Positions 1 through 11,552 of a stretch of DNA of 64,000 nt are shown piece after piece. Source of the DNA: Cetorhinus maximus. Lineage: Eukaryota. Below the pieces are notes generated by a model that was given only the letters and a program-made list of their open reading frames with translations, made no database searches and was not told the DNA's origin. Positions within the stretch are counted from its first letter, which is position 1. Each line of letters opens with the position of its first letter. The stretch is taken from NCBI RefSeq assembly GCF_964194155.1, contig NC_135885.1, positions 60,884,001 to 60,948,000 on the forward strand. The letters are read 5' to 3'. The position numbers and the translations under genes are program-made.

Positions 1-1399
1 ACCAAACCAACACTACAGATTTTTAAAAAATCAACAGGAAGAATGCTATGTGGTCCTAGGTTTTCCATTTTCTCCTCTTTGTAAAGAAAATATCATTTTT
101 TCTAATATTACGGTGGGATACTGTGAAGCATGTGGGGACTGTGTATATTTGTGTATGTGACTAAGTTAATTAAACTGAAGACAGTCAGACTGCAAGGTTT
201 AAATCATCAAAAGGTTAGGTGTAAAAGCAGGCATTTTGAAGTAGAGATGAACAAGCTAAGATAGGATACCAGTAGATACAGCATGAATAGGAATTTGTAT
301 TAGAAGTTAAATGAGGAATTGAATTTTTAACTGTTGAATTTCAAAGAGACATAAAGGAAGTTTTACAACTGGCAAATATCATAAATGAGTGAAGTAAAGT
401 TAAGTTTATTTTTCCCGAAAGTAATGACCATGAAGACAACATGAAAGATTTTTATATTCTGGGAAAGGTAACTTCCAAAGAAAGTTAAGGACAGTGGGTT
501 TAAAGATGAAAGAGAAAAATATATTTAAGGAAAGATTGAAAACTGTATGGGGTGTGTGGCCATTGAAGACTGTGCTGTGCGAGGACAAGCCTGTGAAGTA
601 AGCAGCCTCTAGCCACCCCAGAAAAGTTTTTTTTTTAGTCCAGAAAGAAGGTTTTGTTACAAGCCTTGGATTTCCATTGTCAAGTGAGAGGGAGAGAGAA
701 GCCTGTGAAATATCTTCCCAATAGCAAACAGTGAGTGCCTTGCAGTAATATCACTGGATTTTTTCTAGGTTAAGAATCTTTTTTTGGTGACTTCTCTGGC
801 TGCTGAAGAGAGTTGATAAGATATTGGACCTATATCCCTACCCGCTTATGTTGACGTGTTAAGAACAATTTTCACAGTGAGAACAACAAGAGTGGAAGTT
901 CTCATCAGTTTGATCGCAGTCTGGGGCTTGCATTAACAGTGCACCCTCTAGAAAAGTGTAGAATCACTGACAGTAACTTCAGGATTTCCACATCATTCTG
1001 CACATTTGCAGTTTCAAAACTTTTTTGTCTGTTTCAGTTAAGTAACGATGGCGAACGCTGACAGTTTTACTGTCACTACCATATCAAAATCTAGGCCAGT
1101 AAGCACTTGGTGTTAATTTACTGACTTGTTCTTTTGCTTAATCCTACCAATTAATTAAAAATGAAGAGTTTTCATCTAAGCTGGCAGTTTTGTCAATATG
1201 GTTCTTGTCAGGTAGAGAAATTGGGAATATTCAGCGGTATCTAATTCTCTACAATACATAGCAGACTTCAATGATAAGGCTGGAAGGTCCTCTGGAAGTC
1301 CTCTATCTCAGATGTGCTACTTTGCCCAGAAGGCCATTGACAGTTCATAGGAACTTGCTTGTGTAAACTGACCTTTGTATTCAGCCCAAATAGAAGGTA

Positions 1400-1482
1400 T
1401 TAAAAACAAAATGCTGGAAGTACTCAGCAGATCTGGCAGCATCTATGGAGAGAGAAACAGTTCAGTTTAAGGACCTTTCTTA
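1400..1482 (-). repeat. Degraded Penelope terminal-repeat fragment
   Basis: aaaaacaaaatgctggaagtactcagcagatctggcagcatc matches the Penelope 3' ends at 24625 and 27780. Confidence 0.75.
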
Positions 1483-2089
1483 AGGGTATCAGAGAACCTG
1501 GCTGCAATTACTCATGCCTGCATTTAATACTTATATCAGATACTCTTTAAAATAATTCCTTTCTATAAATGTGGCTTATAAGAACTTATCCCACTCAAAT
1601 GCCCTAAGCAGCTTTGAGGAGGTGCATGAGGGTTGTGCTATTTGATTTCGCCACCTTCCTTGTCAGCCCCCACCACACCATCCCTGAATCTGTGGAGAAG
1701 CTTGCAATCAGCCATTTGCCCCCAAAAATTCCATAACGGCAGCAGTGCAATAATGAAATAATTAGAAATTTTTAAAAATTCCACTTGATGACTTTCACTA
1801 GTTTTTCATGTTAAACTTGGAGCTCATCCTCCCACATTGACCTTAAAAGTTCCATATTTAAGTTGTGGCTTCCACAATTTGCTGAATTCTTTCAGTTTCT
1901 TGGAGTCCTTCTACACAATGGAAATGTTGCATTCTTGTAGCATTCCTGTCATGCATACTAAATTTAAAAAGGTCTAGTACCACACATGCACAAATGTTTC
2001 AGTTGAGATGAGATTGAAAACTATTTAATTGAATTTCTGCAGCAAGCTAGAAATAAACTGTGAAAGTTAAGAACGTAAACTGAAATGAG

Positions 2090-4670
2090 AAGACCATTCA
2101 GTCCAGCTCAAAACTGGGCATCCTTGAGGTATTGTGGGCCATCAACTGCAATAGAGTTGTACTCAACCACAATTTGTAATCTCAGAGCCAGGCAAATCCC
2201 TCATTCTGCCATTACCACTAAGCCAGAGGACCAACCTTTGGCTCAATGACTAGTGTGGAAGAGCATGCCAAGAGCAGCACTGGCCATATCTAAAAATGAG
2301 GTGTCAACCTGGTGAAGCTACAGCACAGGACTACATGCATGCTAAACAGTGGGAGCACCATGCTGTGGACAGAACTAAGCTATCCCACAGCCAAAAGATC
2401 AGGTTTTACAGTACTGCTATATCTAGTCATGAATGTTGGTGGATAACTAAACAATTAATGGGAAGTGTTGGCTCTTGTAACCACAAGTGACTCACCTCCC
2501 CAATGCCTTTCTACCATCTACAAAGAAGTCAGGAGTGTGATGAAATACTCTCCACTTGCCTGGATGAGTGCAGCTCTAATAATGCTCAAGAAACTTGACA
2601 ACATCCAGGACATGAATACTTCTCATCAGTATTCACCAAAGAGAAGGACTTAGCGGTTGATTTGTCTAGGGAAGAGTGTGTAGATAGCCTGGATCATGTT
2701 GAGATCAAAAAAGAGGTGTTAAGCGTCTTGAAGAATATTAAGGTGGATAAGTCCCCTGGGCCAGATGGGATCTACCCCAGAGTAGTGAGGGAGGCAAGGG
2801 AGGAGATTGCTGGGGCCTTGACAGAAATCTTTGCATCCTCACTGGCTACGGGTGAGGTCCCAGAGGACTGGAGAATGGCCAATGTTGTTCCATTGTTTAA
2901 GAAGGGTAGCAGGGATAATCCAGGAAATTACAGGCCGGTGAGCCTTACGTCAGTGATAGGGAAATTATTGGAGAAGATTCTTTGTGACAGGATTTACTAC
3001 CATTTGGAAGCAAATGGGCGTATTAGTGAAAGGCAGCATGGTTTTGTGAAGGGGAGGTCGTGTCTCACTAACTTGATCGAATTTTTCGAGGAAGTGACAA
3101 AGATGATCGACGATGGAAGGGCGTGGATGTTATATACATGGATTTCAGTAAGGCCTTTGACAAGGTCCCTCATGGCAGACTGGTACAGAAGGTAAAGTTG
3201 CACAGGATCAGAGGTGAGCTGGCAAGATGGATACAGAATTGACTTGGTCATAGAAGACAGAGGGTAGCAGTGGAAGGGTGCTTTTCTGAATGGAGAGCTG
3301 TGACTAGTGCAGTTCCGCAGGGATCAGTGCTGGGACCTTTGCTGTTTGTAGTATACGTAAATGATTTAGAGGAAAATGTAACCGGGCTAATTAGTAAGTT
3401 TGCAGACAACACTAAGGTTGGAGGAGTTGCAGATAGTGAAGAGGATTGTCAAAGGATACAAAGGGATATAGATCGGTTGGAGACTTGGACGGAGAAATGG
3501 CAAATGGAGTTTAATCTGGACAAATGCGAGGTAATGCATTTTGGAAGGTCTAATATAGGCAGGAATTATACAGTAAATGGCAGAACACTTAAGTGCATTG
3601 ACGGGCAGAGGGATCTGGGTGTACAGGTCCACAGGTCACTGAAAGTGGCAACGCAGGTGGATAAGGTAGTCAGGAAGGCATATGGCATGCTTGCCTTCAT
3701 TGGCAGGGGTATTGAGTATAAAAGCTGGGAAGTCATGCTGCAGCTGTATAGAACCTTGGTTAGGCCATACTTGGAATATTGTGTGCAATTCTGGTCGCCA
3801 CATTACCAGAAGGATATGGAGGCGTTGGAGAGGGTGCAGAGGAGATTTACCAGGATGCTGCCTGGTCTGGTGGTTATTAGCTATGAGGAGAGGTTGGAGA
3901 AACTCGGATTGTTCTCACTAGAGCGACGGAGATTGAGGGGTGACTTGATAGAAGTTTACAAAATTATGAGTGGCATGGACAGGGTAGATAGTCAGAAGCT
4001 TTTTCCCAGGGTGGAAGAGTCAATTACTAGGGGACATAGATTTAAGGTGAGAGGAGAAAACTATAGAGGAGATGTGCGGGGCAAGTTTTTTACGCAGAGG
4101 GTAGTGAGTGTCTGGAATTCGCTGCCAGAGGAGGTGGTGGAAGCAGGTACGATAGTGGTGTTTAAGAGGCAGCTTGACAAATACATGAATAGGATGGGAA
4201 TAGAGGGATACGGACCCCGGAAGTGCAAAATGTTTTAGTTGACGGGCAATATGATCGGCGCAGGCTTGGAGGGCCGAAGGGCCTGTTCCTGTGCTGTACT
4301 TTTCTTTGTTCTTTGTTCATAGCCTGTTTGATTGGCACCCCATCCACCAGTTTAAATATTTACTCCCTCCACCACCAGCACACAGTGTAGCAGTGTGTAC
4401 CATCTATAAAATACACTACAGCAACTCTCCAAGGCTGCTTCAACAGTACCTCCCAAATCCAGGGCGTCTACCACCTAGAAAGACAAATGCAGCAGGTACA
4501 TGGGAACATCACCATCTCCAAGTTCCCCTCCAAGTCACACACAATCCTAGCTTGGAAATACATTGCTGTTCCTTCTTCAGCTTTGGGTCAAAATCCTGGA
4601 ACTCCCTCCCTAATAGCCTTCATCACGCGGATTGCAGCAGTTCGAGGAAACAGCTCACAACCACTTCATA
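2090..4670 (+). mobile_element. Old CR1/Jockey-group LINE (family 2) fragment, split by a younger CR1
   Basis: 2090-2612 and 4318-4670 are collinear with the copy at 41730-43720 (YKEVRSVMKYSPLAWMSAA ... HSVAVCTIYKIH). Confidence 0.85.
2613..4317 (+). mobile_element. 5'-truncated CR1 LINE (HER1-like), ORF2 RT pseudogene
   Basis: Motifs KSPGPDGIYPR, NYRPVSLTS, QHGF, PQGSVLGP and LEYCVQFWSP; catalytic FADD reads FADN. Frameshift near 3123, stop near 3240, (TTCTTTG)n tail. Confidence 0.95.
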
Positions 4671-6544
4671 GAATTACATATTAGAACTATGTAACAAACA
4701 CTGGCTTTGCCAGTACGGCCATGTTCTGTAAAATAATTTTTAAAAGGGATAAAATAATCAACTGTCGTCTTGCTGGCTAACCTGAATACAATTTCCTTGA
4801 GACACCGAACCAGATTGTCATGGGCTCTAGAGATGCCTGTCATTTGCCACACTGTTGGCAGGCAATTTTGGCAGCTCTCAACTAAGATACTAAATGCAGC
4901 ATTAATTCAAACTGTGGTGAAATTGGTGGCAAGCAGACTCATTTTCCCAGAGGCCTGCTGATGCAGAAAATCAGTCTCCACAACTCTATGCGTATTTGAT
5001 TCTGGAAGTTAATTGTTTGCCAATTGAAACTTGGCATTAAACAAAGTTGCCTGGCAACAGAATGGTCAGAAAGATGATGTTGGGCACAAATCACACCTGC
5101 CATTTTTCATAATATGCTAAGTAGCCTGGTGAAACTGTCTCACTGTGACAGCCCATGTTAATAGGGCCATCTCTACTCATATTGGTTATGTTGGGGTTCT
5201 AAAACAGGTTCTGCCGTTTTACCTCTAGCATTCCACATGTACATGGGAGTACATTTTATTAGAAGCTAACAATGCACCAACTGTTGATAGATCTTTCTAG
5301 GATTGGTCCCCTATCACTGTGATTCATGCAGTCCCACTGTTGAATCATGTGACAATTATCCTATGCACTATATTCATTTTGCATCTCTCTATTAAATAGC
5401 AGAATTATGGGGACATTTTCACCTAGCTGGTTTGTTCAGACTTAAATTTAGAATGATGACAAATTTGGCAAAATAATACCAGTTTAACAAAAAGGAATAA
5501 GATTGATACTGTACAGAATTGGTAGCTGACTGAGTATTTTAATTGCAATGATGCACTGCTTGTTTAATATGAATACAGCAAGGCTTCTTATGCTGACTAA
5601 CTGAATAAATAATTGTTTGGGAGTGAGTGCCACAAACATAAATTATGAACAATATGCTACAACAATATAATGTACAGAATTTTTGCACTATTACAGAATG
5701 TTGTCATGCAGGTCCAGCAAGTCTTGTATTCTTGGCATAAACATGGCTTTATAGTCCTAGTGGTAGTATTTCCTGTTGATCAGTTCATAGTTTCACAGTA
5801 CTGTTGTGCCACTGAATTCTGCCTATCCCTTTATTAGTACAAATAGAACTTAAACTATAGAAATTGCAGTGTAACTAAAATCTGTATAACACTGCCTATT
5901 TTAGCATTCAAGCATTCCATTTGAAAAATAACATGGTATAAGAAACTTCAGTGTAAATTCTATTCTATTGCATAGTTTTGAATGATGAACTGCATTGAAA
6001 AATATTCCCACTAGAACAAAACTATCCTGTTATGTTTAAGTATTTTCCATGTTATTCCATTTCCAAATGTGCTTCTGTGAGAGACCAAAATGATTTCCTT
6101 CTGTTGATAAATATTTCCAAATTAAAACCAAACCAGAAACCATCAAATTACCTGCGGCTACATCTGTTCTGTCCTGATGGTTCCTTGACTACAGCATCTG
6201 CTTGTCTGCCCATGGGCTGCCATATCAATTGCCTGAGATGTCACTCTTCTCTTAGACTCCTACTTTTGTTCTCTGAGGGCATGGTTTCATTTTGTGCATT
6301 CAGGTCCAAGGGCATTCATTTCAATTCCCTGTACTGCCACTTCTCTTTCCCTGAAGCACTGCTCTCGCTCTCAGCCACCAACGCTCTGTACTTCTCAATT
6401 GGTGATGGGTTGAGTTTCTGCTCCTCAATCATTCCCAGTCTTCTGTAATGTGTAATTCAGTCAATCTGGATATGAGTTAAATGTACAGTGCTGCCTTACC
6501 AACTCACCATCAACAATAACTTGTATTTGTACACGCAAACCTCC

Positions 6545-6680
6545 ATTATATCTTCAACAAAGCTTTTGGTCATGTTGTCCTAACATCTCTTTCTTTGACT
6601 CAGTACCAATATTTTTTTGCCTCTGAAGTTCCTCAGGACAATTTTCTACACTAAAAGTACGACCGAATGCAAGCTTTGTA
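6545..6680 (+). repeat. L2 LINE 3'-end fragment
   Basis: caaagcttttggtcat ... atgcaag resembles the L2 3' end at 54890-55020. Confidence 0.55.
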
Positions 6681-7026
6681 GAGGGAAGACTGGCAGCCCA
6701 ATTGTGCCACAGAAGTCTTCACTTTCAACAAAGCGTTCCAACAACCTCCCTCGGAACTTTTACAAGATTACTGGTAAGCCTTGCATATGTGGTTTCTTGT
6801 TAGCTGTTTCTGATTTCCCAAAGTTTTTTTATACATAGGAAGCAAACTGTTGAAGTAAAAAGTGAACACTACGAAAGAGAAAATCATAATAGCAAAAAGC
6901 ACAGTTCATAGTTGAAAAAATTAAAAATAGTGTAATGTACCATTGTTGAAACACTTCAGATAGATGAATTTCCATCATGCTTGGATCACTTCAGCACAGC
7001 CAACATTCAGCCATTTGTTATTTATT

Positions 7027-7730
7027 AGCCCAGAATTTTCTGGAGCAGGGCATCTCACAGCATGGCCTGTTAGACTTTTTCTTTCATCCTTCAGCTCAAA
7101 AAATCTTTGCATCTCAAATTGTTGGATGTACGAGACGGAACAGCATGACAAGGTCAATAGGTGAATGGTAGGACCAACAATGTATCCCCTTATGCAATGA
7201 AGTTTAAGAATTGGGAAAGAAACAGAAGGAAATAGGATGAATTAGAGTAAAATCAGGTACAGAAAGAGAAATAAAGAGGAAATTGAAGATTGGACCAAGA
7301 GAGACAAAGAAAAGTAAGAAGAAATTGTAAAATTTGTAAGTTTCTATGAACAATTTATTACCTGTAGAATGAAACTCCGCAGTTTCACTTGTTCCCTTTC
7401 TGAGCTGGAGAGGTTGAGTGGCACTGCATGAACATAAATTTTATCATTAAAAGGGTACTTAATTCTGTTTCATACTAGCCCTAACATACTGCGGCAAGTT
7501 TAATTGGTAATTAATGTGCAAATGCAGAAAATTTCTTGAAACACACGGGCACGTTCACAGTGAGCTGCTGTTTTCAAAAAGTTGACAGCTGGGCAGTTCA
7601 AATTATCCAGCAACTTATTGCATTTTGCAACTCATGGGGGTATCTCTCACTACACTTCTCGCTGATTTAGATACTAATAATGGCGGGCAGAATTAAAGTC
7701 GTAATTATTTTTTAAGTAAATTTTGGTCCA
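7027..7730. mobile_element. Old MITE-like element
   Basis: Imperfect terminal inverted repeats gcccagaatttt / aaattttggtcc, similar to the Harbinger TIRs elsewhere in the window. No ORF. Confidence 0.4.
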
Positions 7731-8579
7731 ACTGTATTGTTAGAATGATGTGGCCGCAAAAGTATGTGTATATAGAATGCTGTTTTCACTCCATCTTAAC
7801 CTACACACTATTAGAACATTCCTGATTCTTGTGTTTGTAAGGGACCTGATTAAAAACAAATGGGCCTAACATCTGCTCCTGGAAGCATTCTCTGAATGTT
7901 ACTCGATAAACTTAAAATAATGATTCACATTTATAATTAAAGGAAAATACGGACTGTATGAAATAGGTTAAGATACTGGAAGATCCACTTGGTAATTCTT
8001 TTAGACAATTGGTTTTCTGTTTGCCACCTAAGTTTTTAATTTGCCAAAATGAAAATCTATAAAGAGCCAGCAATCTTCCCTGCCAGATTACTGCCCAGAT
8101 GGTGAAGACAAAAACATACCACCTTGTTTATTAAATGTAACCACAGAAATATTGCAGAATGGAAGGAGAGGGAATAGTATACGCTGCCTAAATCTTCAGA
8201 GATTGAAACCTCTAGTGGGTCCAAAAGCACAGCATTGTAAATTGTTTACACATAAAATGGTCTAGCATTGCTAATATACCATAATTCAGTTCATAAAACA
8301 TGTTTAATAGCAATTGCACTATTTAATCAAATGTTATAATGTAAAAAAATTGCCCTTAAATCACTATTAACATTTTAAGCATTTAGCAGCTACACAGTTT
8401 TTACATAATACCTTTACCGTTTCACTGTTTTTTCTCATTCTCGATGTGAATAAAACAATCCAACAGCTTTCTGGTCAGTCTTACTGCTGCTAGAATTTTA
8501 CTTCCAGATTGTTTTTTTAACTGAATTCAAGTTCTCAAACTGCTATATGTGATTATTGGTCCATTAACATACTTAGTTA

Positions 8580-9000
8580 GACTTAGATTTAGTTCCTCAG
8601 GTCCCTTGCAGGACAATGGGCAGCAGGACTCCTCCCGGCCTAGGTCCATCACAATCTCTTTCGCTACAGCCCAGGTGGTGTCCTGCTCTTGAAGGTCGTC
8701 CTCAAATGTACTTTGCCAAGTCTTCTTTGGCCAGCCCTGTCATCTTCCTCTGCCATTTGGTTGTGTCCAGTCTACTGTCACTCTGGTGGGGTGTACGTCC
8801 GGAAGGCAAAATACGTGTACTGCCAGCATCAGTTAGCTCTCCGTCACAATGTCCTGCAGGCACCTCTGACCAGTCCGCTATAGCACTTCCTCATTTATGA
8901 TGTCTCTCCATGTGATGCCCAGTTTCTTACATAGACAGAGCTGGTGAAAGATGTTCAACTTAGGCGTCACCTTTGCTGTTCTTCAAGGCTTCGCTGACAT
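8580..9000 (-). mobile_element. RTE-clade LINE 3' fragment
   Basis: Minus-strand translation with stops gives KLNIFHQLCLCKKLGITWRDIINEEVL ... GWPKKTWQSTFEDDL, typical of the RTE ORF C-terminus. Confidence 0.8.
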
Positions 9001-9395
9001 AGATTGTCATAGAGTTATACAGCACAGAAACAGACCCTTTAGCCCATCGTGCCCATGCCAGCCATTCAGCATCTATCTATTCTAATCCCATTTTCCAGCA
9101 CTTGGCCTGTAGCCCTTTATGCTATTGCATTTCAAGTGCTCATCTAAATACTTCTTAAATGTTGTGAGGGTTCATGCCTCTACCACCCCCTCGGGCAGTG
9201 TGTTCCAGATACCAACCACTCTCTGGGTGAAAAATTTTTTCTTCAAATCCCCTCTAAACTCCTGCCCCTTGCCTTAAATCTATGCCCCCTGGTTATTGAC
9301 ACCCCCGCGAAGGGAAAAAATTTATTCCTATCTATCCTATCTATGCTCCTCATAATTTTGTATACCTCTATCAGGTCTCCCCTCAGCCACTGGAA
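9000..9395 (-). mobile_element. CR1 LINE 3' fragment
   Basis: LRGDLIEVYKIMR ... ITRGHRFK plus the CR1 3' UTR. Confidence 0.92.
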
Positions 9396-10189
9396 ACTCA
9401 ATGCTGCTTTGCCGATTCTTGCCCCTATTAACGTAATCACCCCATTACCTTATCACTGCTTTAAAAAAAACTTTTTAAAAAACTATTTGAAAAAGTTATT
9501 TTACAATGTTGCAGATAAAAGTTGCTTTCCTGACCTCACTATAAACCTACATGATAACATGACATTGCTTTGTTCCTGTCAAGACGGGCTGTTAAATGAT
9601 TAGACTGTAATGTGTAAGATAGTTTTACTTTTTTCTGTACAACATTTAAACTCACTAAAATTATAATCAGCAGCAGATAGTGATTTAGAGTACTGGGGGG
9701 GCGGGGGGTGGCTGCAGTGAACGGAACCTTTTCGGTGATGCTTTGATATTTCTGTGTGGATGCAAACCTATCCAGCATTTTAAGGTTCCAGCCACATGAA
9801 GTTCACAATATTTAGATTTTTCAGTAAAATGATAACATGCAGGATCAGCAAAATACAAATTCAAATGGAACAGGGCAACAACAATAACAACTTGCATTTT
9901 TTACCTTTTCCAGTATAGAAAAATGTCCCCAAGCAATAAAAATAAAGAAATGGACTTTGTGGCATAGTGCAAGAAATTAGGAGAGGTGACTGAAAATTTG
10001 GTCGAATTAATGAATGGAATTTTACCAACACCTTGGTGACAGACTTGGGGAAGGGCTGGGGGTCAGTAAAATGGCAGGAGAATGCATTGGAGAGGGACAG
10101 TGGCTTCCTAACACCAGGAAAATTTTCCAATGTTATGAATGACGTTTATAAGATCATGTTTTGAGAATGTAGCTTTAAATTTAGGGTGA

Positions 10190-11552
10190 ATCACAGAGTG
10201 CAGAAGAGGCCCTTTGGCCCATCAAGTCTGCACCAACACGTGAGAAACACCTGACCTACCTACCTAATCCCATTTACCAGCACTTGGCCCATAGCCTTGA
10301 ATATTATGACATGCCAAGTGCTCATCCAGGTACTTTTTAAAGGATGTGAGGCAACCCGCCTCCACCACCCTCCTAGGCAGTGCATTCCAGACCGTCACCA
10401 CCCTCTGGGTAAAAAAGTTTTTCCTCACATCCCCCCCAAACCTCCTGCCTTTCACCTTGAACTTATGTCCCCACATGACTGACCCTTCAACTACGGGAAA
10501 CAGCTGCTCCCTATCCACCCTGTCCATGCCCCTCATAATCTTGTACACCTCGATCAGGTCACCCCTCAGTCTTCTCTGCTCCAACGAAAACAACCCAAGT
10601 CTATCCAACCCCTCTTCATAACTTAAATGTTTCATCCCAGACAACATCCTAGTGAATCTCCTCTGCACCCCCTCCAGTGCAATCACATCCTTCCTATAAT
10701 GTGGCAACCAGAACTGCACACAGTACTCCAGCTATGGCCTCACCAAGGCTCTATACAACTCCAACATGATCTAAGATAAAAGCAAAATGCTGCGGATGCT
10801 GGAAATCTGAAACAAAAACAAAAATACCTTGAAAAACTCAGCAGGTCTGACAGCATCTGCAGTGAGGAATACAGTTGATGTTTCGAGTCTGTATGACTCG
10901 AAAAAGATCTGATGAAGAGTCATACAGACTCTAAACGTGAACTGTATTCCTCTCCGCAGATGCTGTCAGACCTGCTGAGTTTTTCCAGGTATTTTTGTTT
11001 TTGTTCCAACATGATCTCCCTACTTTTGTAATCTGTGCCTCGATTGACAAAGGCAAGTGTCACAGATGCGTTTTTCACTACCCCACTAACATGCTCCTCT
11101 GCCTTCAGAGATCTATGGACACACACGCCAAGGTCCCTTTGTTCCTCAGAACTTCCTGGTGTCATGCCGTTCATTGAATACTTCCTTGTCAAATTACTCC
11201 TTCCAAAGTGTATCACCTCACACTTTTCAGGGTTAAATTCCATCTGCCACTTATCTGCCCATTTGACCATCCCATCTATATCTTCCTGTAGCCCAAGGCA
11301 CTCACCCTCACTGTTAACCAGCCGGCCAATTTTTGTGTCATCTGCAAACTTACTAATCCTACCCCCCACATAGTCATCTATGTCGTTTATATAAATGGCG
11401 AATAATAGGGGACCCAGCACAGATCCCTCTGGTACGCCACTGGACACTGGCTTCCAGTCACTAAAGCATCCTTCTGTCATCACCCTCTGTCTCCTACAAC
11501 TAAGCCAATTTTGAATCCACCTTATCAAATTACCCTGTATCCCAATTACCCT
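10190..11552 (-). mobile_element. 5'-truncated CR1 LINE
   Basis: WIQNWL, GVPEGSVLGP, KFADDTK, LRGDLIEVYK. Same 3' UTR subfamily as 37250-37532. Confidence 0.95.
10773..11004. mobile_element. Palindromic Penelope/hammerhead mini-insertion
   Basis: Inverted arms of about 90 bp of Penelope terminal repeat. 13-bp TSD tccaacatgatct at 10760-10772 and 11005-11017. Confidence 0.9.

Noticed and set aside
100-820. Possible LTR-like repeat at the window start
   Set aside because: Composition is suggestive, but I found no termini, TSD or second copy to support it.
825-1098. Possible MITE (tggacctata ... aaatctaggcca)
   Set aside because: Terminal match is too short and degenerate to call.
6152-6442. 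Exon-like 291-nt purine-rich minus-strand segment bounded by AG and GTAATT
   Set aside because: All three frames contain stops, the pyrimidine tract is poor and no protein is recognisable. The plus ORF 6032-6448 looks like its antisense shadow.
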